Of a DNA stretch of 64,000 bases, positions 54,836-64,000 are shown piece after piece. This stretch comes from an uncultured Verrucomicrobiae bacterium. GTDB lineage: Bacteria > Verrucomicrobiota > Verrucomicrobiia > Chthoniobacterales > UBA10450. The notes below the pieces were generated by a model. It was not told where the DNA came from and did no database searches. It worked only from the letters and a program-made list of their open reading frames with translations. Within the stretch, counting starts at the first letter, position 1; each line of letters begins with the position of its first letter. The position numbers and the translations under genes were made by a program. The stretch lies in NCBI GenBank assembly GCA_963726745.1, contig CAVSDR010000006.1:160001-224000 (forward strand). The letters run 5' to 3'.

Positions 54836-56704
54836 ATGTCGGCTAAATATTGGAATGCGTGCGTCTGCGCGCTGGGTTTGGTATTGGTGCGCGCGCTCGT
54901 CGCGCAGGAGGCAGTCACGGAAACGGCAGCATCGTGGTCAGCGCCACGCGGCTGCGCTTTCCGGAAACGGAAAGTCCCGCCAGCATCACCGTGCTCACAG
55001 ACGAGGAACTGGAGCAACAGCAGGTCCGGCGCGTGGCCGACGCCCTGCGCGAAGTGCCCGGCCTCACGATCGTGCAAACCGGCGCGCCCGGGCAGTTGAC
55101 CTCGCTCTTTACCCGCGGCCTGCGCAGCGAGCACACGCAGGTTTTGATCGACGGCATTCCGGTAAACCAGGGATTGCAGGGCGCGTTTAACTTTGCCGAT
55201 CTCACGCTCGACAACATCGAGCGCATCGAGGTGGTGCGCGGTCCGCAAAGCACGCTTTACGGTCCGCGCGCCCTCGCGGGCGCGGTCCAGCTTTTCACCC
55301 GCCAAGGGCGCGGCGCCCCGAGCGGCGCGCTCACTGCGGAGGCCGGCAGTTTCGGGAGCTTCCGCGAGAGCTTCGCCCTCCAGGGCGCATTCCAAAATGT
55401 CGACTATTCCGCGAGCGTGAGCCGCTTTGACACCGAGAACGAGCGCCCGAACAACCAGTATCGCCTGAGCAGCGGCGTGGCCAGCGTCGGCTGGTCGCCT
55501 AACGACCAGTTCCGCCTCGGGAGCCTGTTCCTCTACTCGTTAGCCGATACCGGCAACCCGGACTCGATTTTCCACCCGAAGCCGTTCGACAACTTCCTGA
55601 CCGAGCGCTGGCTCCTCGGGCCGCACCTCGATTTCCGCCCGGTCGAATGGTGGGAGCACAAGCTAATCGTGGCCTACGATCACGAGCGGCAGGTGAACGA
55701 CCCGAACGAGGACGGCTTCGTCGGTCCGACGCGCGCGCTCTTCACCCGCTTCACGGTCGATTACCAAAACAACGCGCGGATCACTTCGTGGCTCACGCTG
55801 ACCACGGGCGCGTTTTACAGCCGGGTGGAGGCCGGCCAGGAGCGGCCCTTCATTTCGCAGTTCTTCGGGCCGAATCCCACCTTCATCAGCGACCAGACCG
55901 AGCAGGCCTCCGGCTTCGCGCAGGTCACGCTCACGCCGCTCGCCGGCCTCACGCTCGTGGGCGGCGGCCGCTACGATCACTTCAACCAATTCGGCGACAT
56001 CTGGACCTACCGGGTGGCCGGGAGTTATCTCGTTAGGCAAACAGACAGCACCCTGCACGCGAGCCTCGCCACCGGCTTCAGCCCGCCAAGCAGCCAGGAC
56101 AAGATCTTCGGGAATAATTTCGGCGCTCGAACCGGAGCGGAACCGCGGCTGGGATGCGGGCCTGGAGCAGCGTTTCTGGAAGGGCCGGGTGCAACTCGGC
56201 GCGACCTTTTTCCACAATCGGCTCTCGAACGTGATCGGCTTCAACGGCCTCTTCGAGACACTCAATCTCGGCGCCGCGCGCACGCAGGGCGTGGAGGCGG
56301 AGCTGAAGCTACGCCCGCTGCCGGAGCTCGTCTTCACCGCGAGCTACACCTATCTCGAAGCGGAGAAAACTTCCGCCGCCGATATTAGCCAGCCCGTTGG
56401 CGCCCGCCTCCCGCGACGTCCGCGCCACGAAGGCTACGCTTCCGTGAATTACCTTTGGGGCGGCAAACTCCGCACGATCGCCGAGGCGCGCTTCGTGAAT
56501 GCGCGCGAGGAACTGAGCTTCGGCGGGCCGAATTTCGATCTCGAAGACTACGCCGTGGTCAATCTCGCCGCGGAGTATGCGCTCAATCCCCACCTCACGC
56601 TCTTCGGCCGGATCAACAACCTGGCCGATGAAAAATACGCCGAGGTCTACGGTTTCCCCGCGCTCGGCCGCGCGGCCTACGGCGGCGCGCGGATTTCATT
56701 TTAG
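54836..56704 (+). CDS. btuB: TonB-dependent receptor, BtuB-like, frameshifted near 54925 and 56125
   Basis: RBS GGAGG and signal peptide; TonB box IVVSATR; plug RGLRSEHTQVLIDG and IERIEVVRGPQSTLYG; C-terminal RINNLADEKY...GARISF. Confidence 0.85.
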
Positions 56705-56787
56705 CCGGCAACCTGGGGGCAAAAGTCGGCCGCTCGCCAGCCAGCGAAAGCCTGTGGTATTCTTCCACTGCGTCCTCGCATTTGCCC

Positions 56788-58254
56788 ATGCTTTTGAATC
56801 CTACTCTCCTCCTCGCCCTCGTCGGGCTGGCCGCGTTTGCGGCCGGCGTCGCCATCACCTGGATCCTGATGCGCCAGCAGCGCGCGCTCGCCGTGGGCGA
56901 GTGCGAGTCCGTGCTCACCCGCCAAATCGCCGAGCTTTCGCAGTCGCTGGCCGCGGCGCAGGAGAAGAATAGCCGGATTCCGGAGTTGGAACTCTCCGCG
57001 GCCGCGGCCACGCGCGAGCTGCAAGTCTTGCGCGACCAGCAATCGCGCTCGGCCACGCGGATGGCTTCGATGGAAACGCAGCTCACGCAGGAACGAAAGG
57101 CGACCGCGGAGAAGCTCGCGGTGCTGGACGAGGCGCAGGCGCGTTTTTCCGATGCCTTCAAGGCGCTCTCGGCCGAGGCCCTGCGGCACAACAACACTTC
57201 CTTCCTCGAGCTGGCCAAGAGCACGCTCGAAAAAACCCAGGAAGGCGCGCGCCATGATCTCGAAAAACGCCAGACCGCGATCGACTCGCTGGTCACGCCC
57301 ATGCGCGAGTCGCTCGACAAAGTAGACGCCAAGATCACCGAGCTGGAGAAAGCGCGCGCCAGCGCCTACGAAGGCCTGACCACGCAGGTGCGTTCGCTCG
57401 CGGAGACGCAGAATTATCTCCGCTCGGAGACGAGCAACCTGGTGCGCGCGCTCCGTTCCCCGATCGTGCGCGGGCGCTGGGGCGAAATTCAACTGCGCCG
57501 CGTGGTGGAATTAGCCGGCATGACCGAGCATTGCGACTTCATCGAGCAAACCACGGTGCACACCGAGGAGGGTCGGCTGCGCCCCGACCTCGTGGTTCGC
57601 CTGCCCGCGGGGAAGACCATCGTGGTCGACGCGAAGGCCTCGCTGAACGCTTACATGGAAGCGCTCGAGGCGGCGGATGACGAAGCGCGCATCGCCCGGC
57701 TGCAGCACCACGCGGTGCAAGTGCGCGGCCACATCGAGAAGCTCTCGCGCAAGGCTTACTGGGAGCAGTTTGAAAACGCGCCCGATTTTGTCGTTCTCTT
57801 CCTGCCCGGCGAAGTCTTCTTCTCCGCTGCGCTCGAGCGCGACCCGATGCTGATCGAGTTCGGCGCCGACCGGAAAATCATCCTGGCCACGCCCACGACT
57901 TTGATTGCGCTCCTGCGCGCGGTTTGCTTCGGCTGGCGCCAGGAAAAGATCGCGCAGAACGCGCGCGAGATCAGCCAACTAGGCAGCGAGCTCTACAAGC
58001 GTTTCGCCGATCTTTCCGGTCACGTGACCAAGCTCGGCAAAAGCCTGAGCCACTCGGTCGAGGCGTATAACAAAACCGTCGGCAATCTCGAAAGCCGCGT
58101 GCTCGTTTCTGCGCGCAAATTCAAGGAACTGGGCGCCGCGCCCATGGGGATGGAAATCGAGATCCTCCCGCAGGTGGAACAAATCGCGCGCGAGATGCAG
58201 GCGCCCGAACTGCTCCCGTTGCCGGAAAACGGCGAGAACGGCGCGCACACCTAG
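56788..58254 (+). CDS. rmuC: DNA recombination protein RmuC
   Basis: N-terminal TM, coiled coil, RGRWGEIQL, RPDLVVRLP, VDAK, FVVLFLPGE, ATPTTLIALL. Confidence 0.95.
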   Translation: MLLNPTLLLALVGLAAFAAGVAITWILMRQQRALAVGECESVLTRQIAELSQSLAAAQEKNSRIPELELSAAAATRELQVLRDQQSRSATRMASMETQLTQERKATAEKLAVLDEAQARFSDAFKALSAEALRHNNTSFLELAKSTLEKTQEGARHDLEKRQTAIDSLVTPMRESLDKVDAKITELEKARASAYEGLTTQVRSLAETQNYLRSETSNLVRALRSPIVRGRWGEIQLRRVVELAGMTEHCDFIEQTTVHTEEGRLRPDLVVRLPAGKTIVVDAKASLNAYMEALEAADDEARIARLQHHAVQVRGHIEKLSRKAYWEQFENAPDFVVLFLPGEVFFSAALERDPMLIEFGADRKIILATPTTLIALLRAVCFGWRQEKIAQNAREISQLGSELYKRFADLSGHVTKLGKSLSHSVEAYNKTVGNLESRVLVSARKFKELGAAPMGMEIEILPQVEQIAREMQAPELLPLPENGENGAHT

Positions 58255-58302
58255 ACCATTTTTTTGCGTTGTCTGGCGGCGGTGCGGGCCTAGCGTGATC
58301 TT

Positions 58303-59292
58303 ATGAGCGCAACCGCCGAACCCAAGGCCGCCGCGGGCTTGAACCAGCTCGAGCAACTCAAGAAATTCACCAAGGTCGTCGCCGACACGGGCGACTTCGA
58401 AACCATCCGCGAGTTCCGCCCGCAGGACGCGACGACCAATCCCAGCCTCATTTTTGCGGCCACGCAAAAGGAGGAATACGGCCACCTGCTGGAGAAAGTG
58501 CTGGCTGATCGCAAGCGCAGCGGCTTGAGCGGCGCGGCCCAGGTCGAGGACATCATCGACAACCTCCTGGTCAGCTTCGGCCAGCAGATCCTCGAGATCG
58601 TGCCCGGCCGCGTTTCCACCGAGACCGATGCGCGCCTCTCCTTCGATACCGAAGGCACGGTGCAAAAAGCCAAACAGCTCATCGCCCTTTACCAGGCGAA
58701 AGGCATCGGGCGCGAGAGAGTGCTGATTAAAATCGCCTCCACCTGGGAAGGCATTGCCGCCGCGGAGCGGCTTGAGAAAGAAGGCATCCACTGCAATCTC
58801 ACGCTCCTCTTTTCGCTCGTGCAGGCGGTCCGTTGCGCCGAGGCGCGGGTGCAATTGATCTCGCCGTTTGTTGGTCGCATCTATGATTGGTTCAAGGCCG
58901 CAAACAAGCGCGACTACACCGGCGCGGAAGATCCCGGTGTGCAGTCGGTCCAGGAGATTTACACCTACTACAAGAAGTTCGGCTACGAGACCGAGGTGAT
59001 GGGCGCGAGCTTCCGGAACGTCAGCCAAATCATCGAGCTGGCCGGCTGCGACCTGCTCACGATCAGCCCCGAGCTGCTCGCGAAACTGGCGGAGTCGCAC
59101 GAGAAAGTGGAGCGGAAGCTCGACCCGGAAAAGGCGAAGAGTGCGCCGATCGAGCGCCGCGAAGCGGACGAGAAAAAGTTTCGCTACCTCCTGAACGACG
59201 ACGCCATGGCGACCGAGAAAACGGCCGAGGGCATCCGCAAATTTGCCGCCGACATCGTGAAGCTGGAGAAATTCGTCGCCGCGAAGTTGTAG
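58303..59292 (+). CDS. tal: Transaldolase
   Basis: [49 protein letters not shown]. Confidence 0.97.
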   Translation: MSATAEPKAAAGLNQLEQLKKFTKVVADTGDFETIREFRPQDATTNPSLIFAATQKEEYGHLLEKVLADRKRSGLSGAAQVEDIIDNLLVSFGQQILEIVPGRVSTETDARLSFDTEGTVQKAKQLIALYQAKGIGRERVLIKIASTWEGIAAAERLEKEGIHCNLTLLFSLVQAVRCAEARVQLISPFVGRIYDWFKAANKRDYTGAEDPGVQSVQEIYTYYKKFGYETEVMGASFRNVSQIIELAGCDLLTISPELLAKLAESHEKVERKLDPEKAKSAPIERREADEKKFRYLLNDDAMATEKTAEGIRKFAADIVKLEKFVAAKL

Positions 59293-59316
59293 GCTAATTT
59301 TTTCGGCGCGCGGCTC

Positions 59317-59811
59317 GTGTTCAATATCGTCCTGGTCGAGCCGGAGATCCCGCCGAACACGGGCAACATCGGCCGCCTTTGCCTGGCCACGCGCTCGGCT
59401 TTGCACCTGGTGCAGCCGCTCGGGTTTGCGATCGACGATCGCCAACTGCAGCGCGCGGGACTCGACTACTGGAAGGAGGTGGACGTGCGCCTTTGGCCTT
59501 CCCTGGCCGCGCTCCAGGCCGCGCAAGCTGCCGCGGCGCGCTATTTTTTCCTGACCACGAAGACGACGCGGGCCTACACCGCGGTGACTTTTCGCGCGGG
59601 CGATTTCCTGGTTTTCGGTCGCGAAACCAAAGGCTTGCCGGAGCCGCTGCTCGCGGCCCACCGCGAGCAACTTCTCACCATCCCGATGCACGGAACGCGC
59701 AGTCTCAACCTCGCCACTGCGGTCGCGATCGTGCTCTTCGAGGCCATGCGGCAGGTGAACTTGCCGGCTAATGAAAGAGGCATCGCAACCGGCGGGGCAG
59801 ACGAAGGTTGA
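59317..59811 (+). CDS. trmL: tRNA (cytidine(34)-2'-O)-methyltransferase
   Basis: EPEIPPNTGNIGR, RAGLDYW, FGRETKGLP, RSLNLA. Confidence 0.95.
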   Translation: MFNIVLVEPEIPPNTGNIGRLCLATRSALHLVQPLGFAIDDRQLQRAGLDYWKEVDVRLWPSLAALQAAQAAAARYFFLTTKTTRAYTAVTFRAGDFLVFGRETKGLPEPLLAAHREQLLTIPMHGTRSLNLATAVAIVLFEAMRQVNLPANERGIATGGADEG

Positions 59812-59845
59812 ATAAGTGGGGCGTCCCCACGGTCCAACTTAAACC

Positions 59846-60685
59846 ATGAAACGTTTTTCACTCCTACTCGTGCTCGCCGGCCTGGCCTTCACGCACACCG
59901 GCTTCGCCGAAGACGAAGCCAAGGCGCAGAAGCAAACCGGGAAGCATTTCCAGAACGCACTCGCGCGTGCTTCGCGCAACGCCGTGCGCCAGAATCAGCC
60001 GCGCGCCCAGCCAAACGTCCAGCGGCAGCAGAATGTTGCTCGCCAGAACGCGGCGCAACGGCAACTTAACAACGCCAACGTCCAGCGCGGGAGCAATCGC
60101 GTGGCCGTGCCGAATCGGGCCCGCGGCACGCGCGCCGACGGCGGCAATCGCGTTTACTCCGGCGGGCGGGTGAACTCCGGGAGCAATCTCGAATACGGCA
60201 CGCGCAACCGTGGCAACAACGACAACGCGCGCGTCTGGCGCGACCGGAACAACGAGAACCGCGCCGATCGCGTGGCGCGTTCCGGCAATTGGAATCGCGG
60301 CGATGGCCGCCGCTACAATCGCAGCTGGGATCGTCGCCGCCACGACCGCAGCTACTGGAGAAACAACTACACCCGCTTCACGATCTACGGTGGCGGCTAT
60401 TACTACTGGGATAGCGGCTACTGGTATCCCGCTTACGGCTACAGCCCGGCCTACAGCACCTACGCCTACGACGCGCCCATCTACGGCTACAACAACCTCG
60501 ATCCGCAGCAGGTGATGGCAAACGTGCAGAGCTCGCTGCAACAGCGCGGCTATAACGCCGGCGGCGTGGATGGGGTCTACGGTCCCCGCACCCGTCGCGC
60601 GATCCTCGCTTTCCAGCGCGACAATGGCCTCGACCCGACCGGTGTGGTCGATGCGGATACGCTCGGCGCTCTCGGCCTCGGCTAA
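59846..60685 (+). CDS. Secreted peptidoglycan-binding-domain protein with Arg/Asn/Gln-rich and Tyr/Trp-rich regions
   Basis: Signal peptide; C-terminal PG_binding_1 (VQSSLQQRGY..GGVDGVYGPRTRRAILAFQRDNGL..TG). Confidence 0.88.
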   Translation: MKRFSLLLVLAGLAFTHTGFAEDEAKAQKQTGKHFQNALARASRNAVRQNQPRAQPNVQRQQNVARQNAAQRQLNNANVQRGSNRVAVPNRARGTRADGGNRVYSGGRVNSGSNLEYGTRNRGNNDNARVWRDRNNENRADRVARSGNWNRGDGRRYNRSWDRRRHDRSYWRNNYTRFTIYGGGYYYWDSGYWYPAYGYSPAYSTYAYDAPIYGYNNLDPQQVMANVQSSLQQRGYNAGGVDGVYGPRTRRAILAFQRDNGLDPTGVVDADTLGALGLG

Positions 60686-60760
60686 CGACGCGGAGAAATT
60701 AGACAGCGCGCTGGCGTGCTCATTGCGCGCCAGCGCGTTTTCGCGTTCACTGTGCGCCAC

Positions 60761-61426
<666 letters not shown>

Positions 61427-61468
61427 AGCTTGCCGCAGCGCGGCGCTTCGCCCTACCCTCGCGGGCGG

Positions 61469-62959
61469 ATGAACCGCAAGCCGCAGGAACGCCGGGAACT
61501 GGCCAGCTCGTTAGGCCAACTCGACGCGACCATGATCGTCATCGGGTCGATGATCGGGTCGGGTATTTTCATCACCTCGGCGGAGTCCGCCCGGTTGGTC
61601 GGCGCGCCCGGCTGGCTCCTGCTCGCGTGGGCTCTCGCGGGCTTGCTCACGATCACCGGCGCGCTCTGCTGCGCGGAGCTCGCGGCGATGATGCCGCAGG
61701 CCGGCGGGCAATACGTCTTCCTGCGCGAGGCCTACAGCCCGCTCTTTGGTTTTCTTTTCGGCTGGGCGGTGTTGCTGGTCATCCAGACAGGCACGATTGC
61801 CGCGGTCGCGGTTGCCTTCGCCAAGTTTACCGGCGTGCTCTTCCCCGCGATCGCGGGCGATCACTACCTGGTCGCGCCGATCTCGCTCGGGCATTACGCC
61901 TTCAGCCTTTCGACCGAGCAGCTCGTGGCCGTGCTCATGATCTTGCTGCTGACCTGGAGCAACACCCGTGGGCTCGAACTCGGGAAACTGGTCCAGAACA
62001 GCTTCACCTTTGCGAAAACGGCGGCGCTCCTCGGGTTGATCGTCATTGGCCTCTCGTTAGGCTGGAATCCCGCGAGCGCGGCGCGCAGTGCGGCCTGGTG
62101 GAATTCGTCGGCTAATGGCTGGATCCCGCAAGTGGCCCAGCCCGGCCTCGCGGCCACCGGCGCCTTCGCGCTCGTGCTCTTGTTAGGCAAAGCGATGGTC
62201 GGCCCGCTCTTCGCGCAATCCGCCTGGAACAATGTCACCTTCACCGGCAGCGAGGTGCGCGATCCCGGCCGCACCCTGCCCCGCGCGCTCCTCATCGGCT
62301 GCGGCGTAGTCGTCGCCCTCTACCTGCTGGCCAACGTGGCCTACGTCGCCACGCTCCCGCTCGACGGCATCCAGCACGCGCCGCAGAACCGGGTCGCCGT
62401 CGCCGCCATGCATGCCGTTCTCGGCCCGGCCGGCACGATCTCGATGGCGCTGGCGATCATGATCTCCACCTTCGGATGCAACAACGGCCTCATCCTCGCC
62501 GGCGCGCGCGTCTCCTACGCGATGGCGCGCGACGGGCTCTTTTTCCGGAAAGTGGCGCAGCTCAATAGACAGCATGTTCCCGCCGCCGCACTGCTCATCC
62601 AAGGCGTCTGGGCAGCGCTCCTGACCCTGCCGCGCACGGTCACCACGGACGCGACTACCGGCGTCGTCGCCTATGGCAATGTCTACACGCAACTCCTGGA
62701 ATACATCGTTTCCGCCGACCTCTTCTTCTACGTCCTCATGGTCGGCGCGGTCATCGTGCTCCGCTGGAAGATGCCAGCCGCGCCTCGGCCCTATCGCACC
62801 TGGGGTTATCCGCTGGTCCCGCTGATTTACCTGGTGATCGCGCTCGCGCTCATCGTCGACCTGGTCTTCCTCGCCCCGACCACGTCCGGAATCGGCTTCC
62901 TGCTCGTGCTCACCGGAGTGCCGGTTTACTTCGCGTGGCGAAAAAATTCCCAAGCATGA
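61469..62959 (+). CDS. APC family amino acid permease
   Basis: GSMIGSGIF, AELAAMMPQAGGQY, EVRDPGRTLP, RPYRTWGYP. Confidence 0.93.
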   Translation: MNRKPQERRELASSLGQLDATMIVIGSMIGSGIFITSAESARLVGAPGWLLLAWALAGLLTITGALCCAELAAMMPQAGGQYVFLREAYSPLFGFLFGWAVLLVIQTGTIAAVAVAFAKFTGVLFPAIAGDHYLVAPISLGHYAFSLSTEQLVAVLMILLLTWSNTRGLELGKLVQNSFTFAKTAALLGLIVIGLSLGWNPASAARSAAWWNSSANGWIPQVAQPGLAATGAFALVLLLGKAMVGPLFAQSAWNNVTFTGSEVRDPGRTLPRALLIGCGVVVALYLLANVAYVATLPLDGIQHAPQNRVAVAAMHAVLGPAGTISMALAIMISTFGCNNGLILAGARVSYAMARDGLFFRKVAQLNRQHVPAAALLIQGVWAALLTLPRTVTTDATTGVVAYGNVYTQLLEYIVSADLFFYVLMVGAVIVLRWKMPAAPRPYRTWGYPLVPLIYLVIALALIVDLVFLAPTTSGIGFLLVLTGVPVYFAWRKNSQA

Positions 62960-63705
62960 ATCCGAAGACTTTTCCCTGCCTGGGCCTGCTCTTCCTTTTC
63001 GCCGCTTTCCCGCAGCCGGTGGGCGCAACGGAAGGCGCGTTTTATGATCAACGCGGCCAGCCCGGAAGCAACGCCGATGGTCGCTGGGAGAGCCTATGGA
63101 ACCGCGCCTTCGCGGAGGTGGACGAGCAGCGTTACGACCAGGCCATTCGCTCGTTAGACCTCGCCCTCGAATCGGGTCCGCCACCAAGTGCTCTGGCTGG
63201 CATTTATCTGCTGCGCGGGAACGCGCTCTTCCGCAAAGGCGAGCGCACCCGGGCGCGCGCCGACTACGAGCGGACGGTCCGTTTCCCCGTGAAGACGGCC
63301 GATGACTACGCCGTGCGCGCGGGCGCCTGGGAGAAGCTCGGCAATTTCCAATCTTCCGCAGCCGATTACGTACGCGCCTCCGCGCTCGCGCCCGATCGCT
63401 TTGAGGCGTTGAATCGGCTGGCTTGGTTTCGCGCAACCTGCCCGGAGGCCGCCTACCGTAATGGCCGCGAAGCGCTCGAACTCGCCAATAAAGCCTGCTC
63501 CTGGACGCACTGGCATAACGCGGACGTGATCGACACGCTGGCGGCGGCAGAAGCGGAGATAGGCGACTTCGAGCGCGCGGTGCTGCACGAAGAACAGGCG
63601 ATCAAGAAAACCGAACGCTCCCAGCGCCGCGCACTCGAGGAACGGCTCGCGCTTTACCGAGCGCGCAAACCTTTTCGCGACATCCCGAAGTCCCCGGCTG
63701 GCTGA
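62956..63705 (+). CDS. Secreted TPR-repeat protein
   Basis: Signal peptide; TPR helices; NRLAWFRATCP...DTLAAAEAEIGDF signature. Confidence 0.85.
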   Translation: MNPKTFPCLGLLFLFAAFPQPVGATEGAFYDQRGQPGSNADGRWESLWNRAFAEVDEQRYDQAIRSLDLALESGPPPSALAGIYLLRGNALFRKGERTRARADYERTVRFPVKTADDYAVRAGAWEKLGNFQSSAADYVRASALAPDRFEALNRLAWFRATCPEAAYRNGREALELANKACSWTHWHNADVIDTLAAAEAEIGDFERAVLHEEQAIKKTERSQRRALEERLALYRARKPFRDIPKSPAG

Positions 63706-64000
63706 GCGGTGGCACTGACGCCGCTCGGGGCGGTCAGGCGCAGGCGAAGGAAGCGGCGCGCCGCGGAATTAGCCGGCAGGATGTCGCGCACGGTCACGGT
63801 CTGAAGGCCAAAGACGGGCGCATTTTCCTGCACGCTCACGAGGTAAGTGGGATCGGCGGGATCGAGCGCGATCCATGGGCCCAGCGCCGCGTCGCCGGTC
63901 GCTTCCACGCGCGCGGTCACATCCGTGGCCCAGTTCGCGCGCACGAAACGCAGCGTGAGGTATTTCGTGCCCGCGAGGTCGAGAATTTGGGCGCGCGGCG
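63654..64000 (-). CDS. C-terminal part of a secreted protein with a verrucomicrobial C-terminal beta domain (partial)
   Basis: Open from the window edge: ...KYLTLRFVRANWATDVTARVEATGD...TVTVRD...RRFLRLRLT. Confidence 0.65.
   Translation of the reverse strand, partial: PRAQILDLAGTKYLTLRFVRANWATDVTARVEATGDAALGPWIALDPADPTYLVSVQENAPVFGLQTVTVRDILPANSAARRFLRLRLTAPSGVSATAQPAGDFGMSRKGLRAR

Noticed and set aside
57979..59691. Long antisense ORFs (this 570-aa one; also 34444..35856, 48009..49403, 29431..30684, 12704..14077)
   Set aside because: Shadow frames of real genes, expected at high GC where antisense stops are rare; no protein motifs.

Overview
High-GC (roughly 65% by eye) bacterial chromosome segment. 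The 16S gene and gene content point to Verrucomicrobiota, most likely Chthoniobacterales (Spartobacteria, DA101/Udaeobacter-like). Content is mostly core genes: alaS, recA, hflX, surE, clpB, gluQ, tal, trmL, rmuC, yebC, yggS, LPS-core genes and hldD, plus a cobalamin riboswitch with a BtuB-like receptor. A 16S rRNA gene, tRNA-Ala and tRNA-Ile are present with no 23S gene following. About ten genes, including alaS and recA, carry single-base frameshifts, which looks like long-read indel error rather than decay. No mobile elements, CRISPR arrays or defence systems were seen. The strongest unexplained signal is a family of short TAG-centred motifs (CTCGTTAGnC, AATTAGCC, AAATAGCC). It recurs about once per kb on both strands and in several reading frames, uses codons rare for this GC level, and contains the stop codon of about 14 genes. 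Other leads are the dismantled rRNA operon with a possible double-glycine leader peptide between the tRNAs, 7-mer-based inverted repeats between divergent genes, a sigma54-type promoter on tandem Hsp20 genes, a cyclase plus ketosynthase operon, and a multiheme cytochrome next to a flavodoxin-less CysJ-like reductase. All counts were made by eye and no database searches were run.
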